Assembly (NCBI GenBank): GCA_002428565.1
Contig: DIXA01000026.1
Location: forward strand, 5,435 to 69,434
DNA length: 64,000 bases
Direction of reading: 5' to 3'
DNA from: Anaerolineales bacterium UBA6092
Lineage (GTDB): Bacteria; Chloroflexota; Anaerolineae; Anaerolineales; UBA4823
Shown: in pieces, positions 18,784-28,427 of the stretch
Position numbering within the stretch: the first letter of the stretch is position 1
Layout of the letters: the number at the start of each line of letters is the position of its first letter
Program-made: the position numbers and the translations under genes
The notes under the pieces: generated by a model
Told to the model about the DNA's origin: nothing
Seen by the model: only the letters and a program-made list of their open reading frames with translations
Database searches by the model: none

Positions 18784-19620
18784 CTACTTATCAATGAGGG
18801 AAAGGTCAGGGGGTGATGAAGAAACAGGTCGGGCGATAATGATCAGGCGGTATGCATTGCCGTCCGGCGGCCAGCACGTTACCAGGGTTAACCGTTCGTC
18901 AGCCGTGGGGTAGATGTACTGTGCATTCGCCTGGCGGATCTCTACCGTTTGGCCGTAATCTTCCAGGATCAATTTTTGTTCCACGCGATAGACACGCTCT
19001 TGGCTGGCAGTATACAGCGTGATCAGATCCCCCACTGCAAGGTCGATTAGATTCTCAAATACTCTGCCACGGATATTATGATGACCATCCAGCACCGTGT
19101 TTCCCGCCACGCCCACAGGCGCCGAGGTCTTGAGCCAACCGGCGGCAAAATGATCGGGCACATCCCAGATGTTCACCGGCTGACCATTGCGGGTTTCGGT
19201 GTGCCAGCCCACTGTTTCTACCGGCGCATCCAGCCCGATCGCCTCGATCACCAGGCGCGTTGGCGTTCTGTCTTCATCGGGCTGGGCCGTCTCAACAGGT
19301 TCGCTGATCTGGCTGGTAGGGTTACTGCTGATAGCTGTGCTGGCGACCTCCAGGACAAAAGCGAGTGTCTCAGGTGTGCTGGTGGGTGATGGAACCACAA
19401 ATACCGTTGGAGCGGGTTCGAAACTATCAGAACCATCAGATTCTCCGGTAGCTAACAAAAATTCGACCATCTCGGGAGAAACGAGCAGGACAGGTTGCGT
19501 ACTTGCCGGTGTTTCACTGGGTTTAAGGCTGGCTGAAGAAACGTAGCTCACGATGGATATCGCCAGCAATAACCCAACCACCAGGGTTACGTTTGCAGCA
19601 TGGCGTAGATTCGTGTGCAT
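18784..19620 (-). CDS. sortase family transpeptidase (membrane-anchored)
   Basis: N-terminal TM helix. Sortase fold motifs are NTVLDGHHN (His), LTLVTCWP (TLxTC Cys) and YRLIIIARP (Arg). Confidence 0.8.
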   Translation of the reverse strand: MHTNLRHAANVTLVVGLLLAISIVSYVSSASLKPSETPASTQPVLLVSPEMVEFLLATGESDGSDSFEPAPTVFVVPSPTSTPETLAFVLEVASTAISSNPTSQISEPVETAQPDEDRTPTRLVIEAIGLDAPVETVGWHTETRNGQPVNIWDVPDHFAAGWLKTSAPVGVAGNTVLDGHHNIRGRVFENLIDLAVGDLITLYTASQERVYRVEQKLILEDYGQTVEIRQANAQYIYPTADERLTLVTCWPPDGNAYRLIIIARPVSSSPPDLSLIDK

Positions 19621-19626
19621 GCGGTA

Positions 19627-22578
19627 TCACCTTTCAGGTGTGTTCTGAATGACGATTGGCAGATAGATCTGGCTGGCCCACGGCAGGATGTTCCGGTTTA
19701 GCCTGAGGGCCGGGTCTCCTAAAAGCGTAAAGGTATCCAGCAAGTCGAGATGCTGGCCGGTAGCAGCCAGAGACAATTTGCCGCCCCAGGCAGCCTGCCC
19801 CACAGTGAGCGTCGTAGCACTCAGCGGGTCGCTGAAAACAACTTGAAAGAAACCCTCGTCTAAGCTGTTGTGACCGGTGCTGACTCCCAGGCCGGTTGCG
19901 CCCCAGGTAGCGACAGCGCCTGCGCCATCCAGGGTAAGCAATCCTTCATCCAGGGTAGGCTCAGGCCTGTGGAACGCGCTGGTAAAGCAAGTCATCTCGA
20001 TCACGATCGGCCAGCGGCGGTCATTGTGCAGCACGGGCAAATCGCCCAGGTCAAGAAATCGCTCCAGGGCCCATTGTTGCCACGATGAATGACCGGCATA
20101 GTGGATCAGCAATGCGCCGGTGTTCCAACTATTCAACACGGCCTGGCGGGTGGTCGTAATCGTTGTGGTGGATGGTGTGAAATAAATCCGCTGTGCTATG
20201 AAAGGCGGAGTCACATAAGCCGTAGCCAGCATCTCTGACGCAGCCGCAAAGTTACCCGCCTCATCGGCGTTGTCGGCCACAAAAGTCACCTTCTGGTTCC
20301 AACCACCCAGAACAGGATTGGTTTCATATTGCACAATTTTATCTACCACGGCTTGCGTCTCGGTCAATGTTTTGACCGGCAGGCGGCCGATCAGCATATC
20401 GGGCAGCGCGTCTTGCCCGTCCACCGTCACATAGCGATTATCGGCAGCCGTTTCGCCTGCCCATGGATCTACGTTGGCCAGGTAAGGCGGGATGAGCGTG
20501 GGCGGCGATTCGATGCGGTATTGCCTGGGGTCAAAGCTCCCATCGCCGACCAGCACCACATAGACGGGAGGTAAAGTCCAGGCGGCGTAAGCATACGCCA
20601 GGTAAGCGCGGATGGCTGCCGGGTCAGGCCGCCCATCGCCGTAGGCAGCATAGATGGCTTGTACATCTTCAACCGCCACGGTCAGCCCTTGCGCCTGGCG
20701 CAGACTGATCAAACTGTCCAGTGCAGGCATGAAATCTGCCGGTGCGATCAAAACATAGTCAGCGCCGGCAAAGTCGCCGCCCGTTTGCAACGCTTGCGCC
20801 GGGCGCATTGCAACCGGGTACAGCAATCCACTTTCCGTTGTCAGCATGTAGCGATGGGACCGGCCATCCCACTCGCCCCCCAATGGATCGCCGAATGTAA
20901 TCGTGTTCTCGGTCGTAACCACGCCGGTCAGGCGCAGTGGAAGACCAGGGTCCGTGATGTCGTAAACGCGCAGTCCAATGGTGGAACTGAATGCCAGCGT
21001 ATACGCGTGCGGCGCCGGCTGACCGCTGAAGGTGACCGAGTGACCAAAAGGAGCACTTCCACGCGCCGCGCGGATTGAAAAGGCATCCAGCCAGGCGCCC
21101 TCAATGCTCACACCCGGTATGCCGGGCAGCGTCAGGGTGAGGGTGTTGGCGCCACCGTGCAAGGTACCGGGGAGGATGGGCAGCGTGGCTGTGGTCGGTT
21201 GCTTACCATCCCAAACCAGGCTGCCTACCGACACGCCGTTGAGATCTACGTCCACTCGATGGTCGGGGGCAGCGGCGAGGTCGGTGTAGCCAATCAGCCA
21301 CACGGTCAGGGTAGCCGGCTGCGTCGCCTCCAGCGGGGGCAGGTTGATCGAATAGGAGGCGGTTGAGTGGCCAGGGCGTTTCAGATCATCCCATGTCCAG
21401 TGGTCGCCATCGCGCCCTGGAGGAATGAACCCACAAAAACAATCCGGGGTATACCACCGATTTTCCTCGGCCGTCTCTTCGATCCAGGCAATCCCGGCCG
21501 GTAGACCGAGCGGGGCGGCCGGGCGGTCTTGGATACGCAGGCCGGGCGTATCACCTTGCCAAAGGAAGTAGATGTCGGTAGACGTCCACCGGCTGAAGCG
21601 CGGTTCGGCATAAAAAAGCAGGCGTTCACCCGGCTCAAAGCGGTTATCCTCATCGCCGTCCCATTCGGTCGCTATCTCGGTTCCGGCGCGAGATAGATGT
21701 AAAGCGTGCGGGTCGGTACTCGCCACAGGAAAACCCATCTCCGTCAGGGCTGCATACGTGATCGCAGTTAAGCCAGGCGAAGCGACCTCAATGATCCAGG
21801 CCGATCCGACCTCGTTAGGATTTGATGTTGGGATTATGGGCCTTACAGGCCGAACTTGCTCTGGGTTGATGACCATCGAGCGCAGCACGGTTAACATTGG
21901 GTCGGTCGACACAGCCCAAGGCTGGCTGGCAACCTCTCCTGCAAAAGTCAGCGCCACGCGCACATAGGTCGTCAGGCGCAGGTGAGTCTGGGGAGAGTCG
22001 CCGACCAGGCGGGCCGGGTAGAACACCAACCGTGCCAGGGTTACGCCGCGCACCACGCCAGCAGGCTCAAGTCTGACAGGACTATCTACGCTGCTTTGAG
22101 CCAGTTGAACCGAGGCGGTGGCTGAAAGGTCGCCCGCTGCCGAAAAGGCGCCTCCCACGGGAAGGCCGGACGAATCCCGTTGGATGCCTTCAGGGAACGG
22201 TGCAAGCGCCAACGGGCCGGGCACAGATCGATCTGTCTCTTCGACCAAAACCACATGCAGGGTTGGAAGCGCCCCAGGCGGCACAGCCACCAACACGGAA
22301 GTGAACGGCAGCCGCGGCGCGCCAGGCTGGGCGGTTTGCGAAGTACCGGGCAGCCGCACATCCGTGCTCCCATCAGAGAGCAGCACCATGTTCGCCTCAG
22401 GGACGCGCCAATCTACCAGCAGGCCATCGGGTGTGACGACCACAACCGGGTCCACAGAGAGTGCTGGCGGCAAAGCCGATGCTTTGCCGCCAGCGATACC
22501 AGTAAGCGCGCTTCCCAAAACGATCAGGCAGGCTAACAACCGGTTCAGGGTTGAGCGCGTCCTCTTTTGCTTGGCCAT
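19627..22578 (-). CDS. peptidase C25 (gingipain-like) family protein; secreted; C-terminal IYLPIVIQNTPER tail
   Basis: ADYVLIAP..F...L..L...R..QGLTV..V....IY...GDGRPD..AIR.YL, LLIHYAGHSSWQQW (His) and IVIEMTCFTSAF (Cys). Has a signal peptide. Confidence 0.8.
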   Translation of the reverse strand: MAKQKRTRSTLNRLLACLIVLGSALTGIAGGKASALPPALSVDPVVVVTPDGLLVDWRVPEANMVLLSDGSTDVRLPGTSQTAQPGAPRLPFTSVLVAVPPGALPTLHVVLVEETDRSVPGPLALAPFPEGIQRDSSGLPVGGAFSAAGDLSATASVQLAQSSVDSPVRLEPAGVVRGVTLARLVFYPARLVGDSPQTHLRLTTYVRVALTFAGEVASQPWAVSTDPMLTVLRSMVINPEQVRPVRPIIPTSNPNEVGSAWIIEVASPGLTAITYAALTEMGFPVASTDPHALHLSRAGTEIATEWDGDEDNRFEPGERLLFYAEPRFSRWTSTDIYFLWQGDTPGLRIQDRPAAPLGLPAGIAWIEETAEENRWYTPDCFCGFIPPGRDGDHWTWDDLKRPGHSTASYSINLPPLEATQPATLTVWLIGYTDLAAAPDHRVDVDLNGVSVGSLVWDGKQPTTATLPILPGTLHGGANTLTLTLPGIPGVSIEGAWLDAFSIRAARGSAPFGHSVTFSGQPAPHAYTLAFSSTIGLRVYDITDPGLPLRLTGVVTTENTITFGDPLGGEWDGRSHRYMLTTESGLLYPVAMRPAQALQTGGDFAGADYVLIAPADFMPALDSLISLRQAQGLTVAVEDVQAIYAAYGDGRPDPAAIRAYLAYAYAAWTLPPVYVVLVGDGSFDPRQYRIESPPTLIPPYLANVDPWAGETAADNRYVTVDGQDALPDMLIGRLPVKTLTETQAVVDKIVQYETNPVLGGWNQKVTFVADNADEAGNFAAASEMLATAYVTPPFIAQRIYFTPSTTTITTTRQAVLNSWNTGALLIHYAGHSSWQQWALERFLDLGDLPVLHNDRRWPIVIEMTCFTSAFHRPEPTLDEGLLTLDGAGAVATWGATGLGVSTGHNSLDEGFFQVVFSDPLSATTLTVGQAAWGGKLSLAATGQHLDLLDTFTLLGDPALRLNRNILPWASQIYLPIVIQNTPER

Positions 22579-22640
22579 TCAGCACACACTTTTCATAAGC
22601 TATCCAACTGCCCAAAGCCTGCCCGACATTGACTGAACCT

Positions 22641-23753
22641 TTACTTTCCCAAGAGGGGAAGATAAAGCTGGTACAGGTAAGGTTGCATCAGAGCAGTAAC
22701 CGACACATTGTGAATCTGTTCCTGCCCTTGGGTATCCACATCGACCAGCCAGTAATACCATGAACCAGGGTACGGCACGGTGTCCATGTAGGCGTAAGTC
22801 GCGCCCGTGCTGCCCTGAGGGGCTGCCGGCTCAAAGTGGATCAGGCTGGCCTGCCCCAGATCATCCACACTGGCGCGGTAGAGGTTGAAGCCAAAGTTAT
22901 CCACCTCTAGCGCAGTGGCCCACTCTAAGTTCACCTGTGGGTTGATCCAGCGGACGGCCCGGAAGTAAAGCAATTCCACCGCGGTGGGGATGCAGATGGG
23001 ACGGGTGATAGTGTTTTGGTCCATCGTCACGGCAGCATCTTGCACCAGGGCCCGGCCAGTCAAGTTTGCACCGGTCGCCAGGCTGATGCTCGTCTGCGCC
23101 AGAATATTGCCTGCAAACAAACTGTTCGTGGCAAGAGTCGCAGAGCTGCCAACCCGCCACCACACATAGCAGGGTTCACCACCACTGGAAAGAACGACAT
23201 TGGCACCGCCTGTGGTGATGAGTGTGCCCGCCGATTTGAAAATCCACACATCTTCGGCGGCGCCATTGAGGGTGAGTACTCCCGACAACTCAAAGTTATC
23301 TGCACAATAGACGCCTGGCACGAGGGTTAAGGTTGCCAGATCCTGAGTCCCGATATAGGTCGTAGTGCACGCCTGGCTGCTAAGCACACCGAACGCGCCG
23401 ACCAGGTCGGTTTTCGCTGTGGTCAGCAGGGTGGGTGAAACTACTGAACCGGCTGGCCCGGTCGCATCCACGGCGTAGATCGTGCCCGTGACGATATCGG
23501 TGAGCCCTAAACCGGTGTAGTTGCTGCCGGCGGCTGGACTCAAGCCAACATCCCCGCTGATGGCAGAAGGATTGAGGTTTGTGATGGCCGTTGCGGCTAG
23601 AATCGCAAAGCTATCTGCCTTACCGAGCGGCGGCGAGAAGGCTGCAGGTGCGGCTGTTGCAGGAACGGGTCCAGAAAACAAGGCGATGATGATGAGTAGG
23701 CTGGCAAGTCGAGTGACATGCCGGGGAAGGATCGTATTAAGCATGCGGAACAT
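22641..23753 (-). CDS. DUF3494 (ice-binding-like fold) secreted protein with a C-terminal beta-sandwich-like domain and LYLPLLGK tail
   Basis: FAILAATAITNLNPSAISGDVGLSP...LVPGVYCADNFELSGVLTLNGAAEDVWIFKSAGTLITT...VWWRVGSSATLATNSLFAGNILAQTSISLATGANLTGRAL. This is the classic DUF3494 pattern, recalled from memory. Confidence 0.75.
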   Translation of the reverse strand: MFRMLNTILPRHVTRLASLLIIIALFSGPVPATAAPAAFSPPLGKADSFAILAATAITNLNPSAISGDVGLSPAAGSNYTGLGLTDIVTGTIYAVDATGPAGSVVSPTLLTTAKTDLVGAFGVLSSQACTTTYIGTQDLATLTLVPGVYCADNFELSGVLTLNGAAEDVWIFKSAGTLITTGGANVVLSSGGEPCYVWWRVGSSATLATNSLFAGNILAQTSISLATGANLTGRALVQDAAVTMDQNTITRPICIPTAVELLYFRAVRWINPQVNLEWATALEVDNFGFNLYRASVDDLGQASLIHFEPAAPQGSTGATYAYMDTVPYPGSWYYWLVDVDTQGQEQIHNVSVTALMQPYLYQLYLPLLGK

Positions 23754-23764
23754 GAGACACCTCC

Positions 23765-24208
23765 TTATACTTTCGTTTTTGTTTTGTCCACCTGGTAGGT
23801 GACCAAGATGGTGACGAGGATCAAAAGAGCCATCGCTCCCAAGAGCAATACAGTGCCCATTCCATTGCTCAAACCACTTGCCTGCCCGCCGGTGACCGGC
23901 ATTTCAGGCGTGTTTTCGGGCGTTGACTGCGTTGGTTGCGTGGGCGCTGCCGTAGCCGTGGTGGTAGGCAGCCCAGCCGTGGCGGTAGAAGTGGCTGTAG
24001 CCGTAGCAACGACCGCAGCCGTAGAAGTGGCTGTAGCCGTAGGCGGTACAGCGGTGGCGGTGGCAGTAGACGTGGCCGTAGGCAGCTCAACAGTAGGCGT
24101 CGGCGTAAAACCGGCTAATGCTGGCGAAACCTGCCAGGCCATGGTGACTAAGACCACAAGCAAAGTCCAGACACCCAATATTTTGATAGCGATCCGTTTT
24201 GGTAACAT
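23765..24208 (-). CDS. small Thr/Ala/Pro-rich surface protein with an LPXTG-like sorting signal (MPVTG + TM + basic tail)
   Basis: Signal peptide, then a low-complexity TATATS region, then EMPVTGG (23888-23902), the hydrophobic stretch GTVLLLGAMALLILVTILV and KTKTKV. Confidence 0.75.
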   Translation of the reverse strand: MLPKRIAIKILGVWTLLVVLVTMAWQVSPALAGFTPTPTVELPTATSTATATAVPPTATATSTAAVVATATATSTATAGLPTTTATAAPTQPTQSTPENTPEMPVTGGQASGLSNGMGTVLLLGAMALLILVTILVTYQVDKTKTKV

Positions 24209-24436
24209 AGAGAACCTCCTTTTACTTCTTACTTCCTATTGTGATGGGCAGGGGTAATTACCTGCCCAGGATCAGTTGATTTGACCTTGGTTGTTATGCA
24301 ATCGGCTGAAAGCAACTTTACAAAAAAGAGCTATATCTCAGCCGATTGCTTCAGGGATTAGCCGATGTTCGCCATCATGTTCAGTTAAAACACTTTCGGC
24401 CAATCACATATTGCCTTCTCAATTGACTCTAACTTA

Positions 24437-24466
24437 AGTATAGTAAGCAAGCGTCTCAAAAGCGTC
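24437..24466 (-). promoter_or_regulatory. SARP-box-like promoter of the sortase/C25 operon
   Basis: Minus strand reads GAGACGC-tttt-GAGACGC-ttgcttac-TATACT, about 229 nt upstream of the start codon at 24208. Confidence 0.45.
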
Positions 24467-24498
24467 TCAAACACCCCAGGCTGTATTTGGCAGATCAG

Positions 24499-25293
24499 CT
24501 ACCCGCTTCCGTTCAGCACATACCCATCCACCAGTGCCGCGAGCAGTCCCCAGGCGCTGCCCAGGATCGCCCCCGCCAATACATCGCGCGGGTAGTGCGC
24601 TCCGACATACATGCGCGTGATGCCAACCAACAAAGCAATAACATACAGCAAAAACACCACCCAGATACCGACCTGGAAATGTGAGGCCAGCAGCGTCGCC
24701 ATGAAGAAGGCCTGACTGGTATGCCCGCTCGGAAAAGATCGCCCCGCTGCCCGGTAGCCGACAATGCGCGCCTGCGTCACCCGGATGAAAGGTCGTGAGC
24801 GCCGCACGAGGGCTTTCACCAATTCCACCACGATCCACAATGTTAGCGTCCCCAGGATGAATTCATTTGCCGCCAGGCGATGACCGGCTAAAAACAAAAT
24901 CAACCCAAGCGCCAGGGCAGCAATCCCGCTGCCGATCTGGGTGAAACCCAACATCACTCTATCCAACCAAAGCGGGCGTGGCCCGCGCAGGTTAAAGAAC
25001 AGGAAGGCCCACACGTCCAGGCGCTGGCCAGCAGACCACACCAGCGAGAGCGCCAAGATGATAAACACCAGCAGCATACCCGATAGCATGCCCCGGGCCG
25101 CCAGGCCGCGCCAAATCATCATCCGCATCTGAACCGGCATCCATGCCAGGAACAAAACCAGGCTGGCAATAAGGAACACCAGCCAGGCAGCCGGGCGAAC
25201 CTTCTTGGTTGCCTGGGCCAGGCGTGCCCAGATGTCGGGAACGGTCGCTTCAGGCAAGCCATTGCCGTTGTGTGGGTCCACCGGTTGGCTCAT
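24499..25293 (-). CDS. PAP2 family phosphatase (membrane)
   Basis: KALVRRSRPF, SFPSGHTS and TRMYVGAHYPRDVLAG, i.e. the three PAP2 motifs. Confidence 0.85.
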   Translation of the reverse strand: MSQPVDPHNGNGLPEATVPDIWARLAQATKKVRPAAWLVFLIASLVLFLAWMPVQMRMMIWRGLAARGMLSGMLLVFIILALSLVWSAGQRLDVWAFLFFNLRGPRPLWLDRVMLGFTQIGSGIAALALGLILFLAGHRLAANEFILGTLTLWIVVELVKALVRRSRPFIRVTQARIVGYRAAGRSFPSGHTSQAFFMATLLASHFQVGIWVVFLLYVIALLVGITRMYVGAHYPRDVLAGAILGSAWGLLAALVDGYVLNGSG

Positions 25294-25299
25294 TCAGGA

Positions 25300-26262
25300 T
25301 CATCCCGGGGCAGGCAGCGCCTCTGCCGCCTGCTCGCCGACCATCACAGCCAGGGCATGCTTCCGCACTTCGATACGCACCCGCCCTTCTCCTAACGCGT
25401 CCCCATCTGCCATCACCGGCATAGCCGGTTGGGTCTCAATTTCCACCCGGCGCACGTGGAAGTGCTGGATGCGCGGGTCTTCCGGCTTATCTAAACCTAC
25501 CCCCTGGAGAACGTAACCCACCAGGTCCAGCTTGGACAGGTCGGCAAAGAACAGCACATCCAACAAACCATCTTTGAACGAGGCTGCCGCGCCAACCTGG
25601 TAATGGATGCCGATAAAGGGCATATTGGAAACCAGCACCACGTGACCCAGGTTGCGGATCTCCTGCTTGTCATCCAGAGTCAGGTGGATCTCGGCTGGCG
25701 GAGTAGCAGCCAATGCCGTCACGAAATCGCCAACCCGCGCCAGGTTGCCGTGCTGGATATCGTCGGCAAACGGGAACAGAGTCGAGACCAGGCCTACCGA
25801 GCAAACCTCCAAAAAAGGTGTGCTGCGATTACCGCAGGTAGCCATGCCAACATCCACTTTGATGCGCCGGCCGTTGCGCAGGATGGCAATGGCAGCCGGA
25901 ATATCGTTAGGAATACCCAGGCTGAGAGCGGTGTTATTCTGCGTGCCGATGGGGACGATCCCCAGGGTGGCGCGTGTGCCAGCCAGGCTTCTGGCCACAG
26001 CCGAAATGGTGCCGTCGCCGCCGCAGACCACGAACATACGGATCCCCTGCGCAATGGCCTCTTGAATTACCTCTGGCAGGTTGCAGCCCGGCTCGATCAA
26101 GTAGGCTTCTGGCACGAGCTTCCAGGCTTGCATCTCATGGATCACATCCACGATTTCTATAGGCCATGTTCTGGCGGCCCCAGCACTGGGGTTGAAGATC
26201 AACTTAACCCGCATGCGGCGTTTGTTGGTAGTGCGAGGTTTCTTACCAGGGGATTCTTCCAT
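25300..26262 (-). CDS. diacylglycerol/lipid kinase family protein (YegS/BmrU-like)
   Basis: LIFNPSAG...VVCGGDGTISAV...LGIVPIGTQNNTA. Confidence 0.85.
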   Translation of the reverse strand: MEESPGKKPRTTNKRRMRVKLIFNPSAGAARTWPIEIVDVIHEMQAWKLVPEAYLIEPGCNLPEVIQEAIAQGIRMFVVCGGDGTISAVARSLAGTRATLGIVPIGTQNNTALSLGIPNDIPAAIAILRNGRRIKVDVGMATCGNRSTPFLEVCSVGLVSTLFPFADDIQHGNLARVGDFVTALAATPPAEIHLTLDDKQEIRNLGHVVLVSNMPFIGIHYQVGAAASFKDGLLDVLFFADLSKLDLVGYVLQGVGLDKPEDPRIQHFHVRRVEIETQPAMPVMADGDALGEGRVRIEVRKHALAVMVGEQAAEALPAPG

Positions 26263-26291
26263 ACAACTCTACCCTTTTAATTTCTGATCGA

Positions 26292-26897
26292 TCATTGAAT
26301 CTCTAAAAATCGCTGAAGGGGGTGTGCATCCGATTCATGTAAAGGAACGAAAATACCCTCTGTGTTGAACAAGTACTCAGTTCCAATCTCGGGCACGTCC
26401 CAGCCTCGATTGATGCAATATGCAGTAACCGTATCTTGCCCGTCGGAGCGCGTAAATGTTGCTAAGTCGTAGTACTGACCATCCAATTCGTACCCCAAAC
26501 GGACAATATTGGTTACCTCCCAGATCTGCTCGGATACGGACTCAGACAGATCGGGGGCGGCAACAGACACGGGCAGGTCAGGTGCGGGAACGGACACAGG
26601 CAGGTCAGGTGCGATAACAGGTCCAGGCAGGCCAGGTAAAGTAACAGAAACAGACCGGGACAGGAAAGGTAAATGCACCCCAAAAAGGTTGGCTGGGATT
26701 GCCGACGGCACAAATATAGTCGATCGATTTTGCAGCGGTGTGGATTGGGCTTCCTTCTTTTGGGTCAGCGAGAGCACACCCCAGATACAGAGCGACCCAA
26801 GAATAGCCACAATCAATACCACGCCCAGGATTAGAACTGCCCCTTTTCTCATGCGGATCGATTTCTCTTCGTTTTCGCTTAACATCGCTGCCTCCAT
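26292..26897 (-). CDS. hypothetical membrane-anchored protein with APDLPVSV tandem repeats
   Basis: 201-aa ORF with an N-terminal TM helix and three octapeptide repeats. No family recognised. Confidence 0.5.
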   Translation of the reverse strand: MEAAMLSENEEKSIRMRKGAVLILGVVLIVAILGSLCIWGVLSLTQKKEAQSTPLQNRSTIFVPSAIPANLFGVHLPFLSRSVSVTLPGLPGPVIAPDLPVSVPAPDLPVSVAAPDLSESVSEQIWEVTNIVRLGYELDGQYYDLATFTRSDGQDTVTAYCINRGWDVPEIGTEYLFNTEGIFVPLHESDAHPLQRFLEIQ

Positions 26898-26913
26898 TTC
26901 ATTTTTAGGAACT

Positions 26914-27834
26914 TCACTGCTGCGCTTGGCCTGCCGCCTCTTTTTGCTGCTGCTTTAACTGGTAATAAGAGACGCTCAAAAAAGCGCCAAAGAGAAAGAT
27001 GAGCCCGCTCAGATAGGCCCAGGCCAGGAAGGCGATGATGGCTGCCACGGAACCATAGACCAGGTTCGAGACGGAGATGTAGGTGGTAACGAAAAGCAAA
27101 AAGGCTTTCTTGGCCAGCTCCCAAAGCAGGCCGGCCCCCACCGCACCGGGTAAAATCTCGCGCCAGGTAGCTGCTCCGTGTGGAAGCAGGGTGTAGAGCA
27201 CCATGAACAAGGCCACATCGATCAGGATTGCCAACAGAAAACTGACCCCGTTCCCAATCGGAATGGCCTGGTCGGGCAGCCAGGAATTCAAATTAGCAAT
27301 CGAACTGCTGGCAAATGAAGCCAGGAAGAGAGCCGGGCCAACCAGCGCCAGAACAAACAGGATGGACAGGCCGCGCCGTTTCCAAACCGGGCGATGTCGC
27401 TTATGGCCCCAAATCTTGTTCAGGGTTTGGGTCAGGGCGTAAAAAATGGTTGAAGCAGACCAAACCAGACCAACAAAAGCAACACCGGTAATCGGCCCGC
27501 GCGCCCGGATGATCTCATCAATGTTTTGGCCCAACAACTGGCCCAGGGCCGGTGCAATGAACTCCAGCTTTTGTACGATCGCCTGCTGCTCCGCCAACGG
27601 GCCAAGGGTAAAGCTGGCAATGGAAATACTCAAAAGGATCAAGGGAAACAGGGAAAAGAGGGCAAAGTAAGCAATTGCGGCAGCCGGGATCGATGAGTCG
27701 GGCTTGAAGGTTTCCCCGGCTGCACCCGCCAACACCCCCAGCCAGCCGTGTGAACGCTGGTTCAGCCCATTCGCTCTGAGGGCGCCCCGCTGCCGAAGCA
27801 GGGCGATCTTTCTATTAATTTTCGGTACGAGCAT
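26914..27834 (-). CDS. YihY/BrkB family membrane protein
   Basis: IPAAAIAYFALFSLFPLILL plus multiple TM helices. ATG 27834 follows GGAGGA. The ORF as tracked runs on to 28050. Confidence 0.75.
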   Translation of the reverse strand: MLVPKINRKIALLRQRGALRANGLNQRSHGWLGVLAGAAGETFKPDSSIPAAAIAYFALFSLFPLILLSISIASFTLGPLAEQQAIVQKLEFIAPALGQLLGQNIDEIIRARGPITGVAFVGLVWSASTIFYALTQTLNKIWGHKRHRPVWKRRGLSILFVLALVGPALFLASFASSSIANLNSWLPDQAIPIGNGVSFLLAILIDVALFMVLYTLLPHGAATWREILPGAVGAGLLWELAKKAFLLFVTTYISVSNLVYGSVAAIIAFLAWAYLSGLIFLFGAFLSVSYYQLKQQQKEAAGQAQQ

Positions 27835-28145
27835 GGTCGGTTTCCTCCGGGCTTGTGGATCCAGGTGGTTCATCTTCAGTGCTGGCGGGCTTGGGCCAGC
27901 GGAACGGGTCGGCAGGCTCAGCCGGCAGATCGGCCCCCAGCAAACTGGGCAGCAGACCGGGCGACTCCACAAGATTTGGCCTACCACGGATAGAGACGCT
28001 GCGATGATGATGCCCACCAGGCCAAAAGCATCTGCCAGGACAAATGACAAGTGCCCAGAACTGGTCGTTGCTTGCCACGATTACTTTCAGTGTAATGATG
28101 AAGAGTCTCAACAGCGTCACAAGGGAACAAGCGATGGTTGCTCAA

Positions 28146-28396
28146 ATGCTGCCTTTGCGGCTCTCTGCACTGGGCCTCCTGAAGTGCGCCTGAGAGGTAA
28201 ACCGCCAGCGTTCCCGACGCGCAAAATATTAGCGCCGCTGATCGACCTGGCCACCTTGCTGTGGCCGGAAGCCAGCCCCGAGCGCAGCTATGCCAGCCTG
28301 GGCAACACGCTTAACCGCCTGCAAACAGCCCTACGCCAGACAAGCGACCAGGCCCCCTGCCTCACCACCCTCACAGAGCGGGCGCGGATCGTATGA
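28146..28396 (+). pseudogene. decayed N-terminal fragment of a SARP/BTAD regulator paralog
   Basis: MLPLRLSALG (one frame), then PEVRLRGKPPAFPTRKILAPL...LLWPEASPERSYASLGNTLNRLQTAL. This resembles the winged-helix N-termini of reg1 and reg2. It is frameshifted and truncated. Confidence 0.45.
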
Positions 28397-28427
28397 AACA
28401 TACAGGAATAAATTTAGGCCAGCAGGC

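Noticed and set aside
22641-23753. Annotating the DUF3494 protein as an antifreeze or ice-binding protein
   Set aside because: Only the fold family is recognisable. Most DUF3494 members are not shown to bind ice, and nothing in the context suggests cold adaptation.
23900-24100. Short-period repeats as a possible CRISPR array or satellite
   Set aside because: This is in-frame low-complexity Thr/Ala/Pro coding sequence of the LPXTG-like protein. There is no repeat-spacer structure and no cas genes in the window.
27835-28050. 72-codon N-terminal extension of the YihY ORF (MSFVLADAFGLVGIIIAASL...)
   Set aside because: It has no RBS and a Cys/Pro-rich, implausible linker. A GGAGGA-preceded ATG at 27834 gives a normal YihY N-terminus. 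The first ~25 residues might be a remnant of another membrane protein, but I cannot support that.
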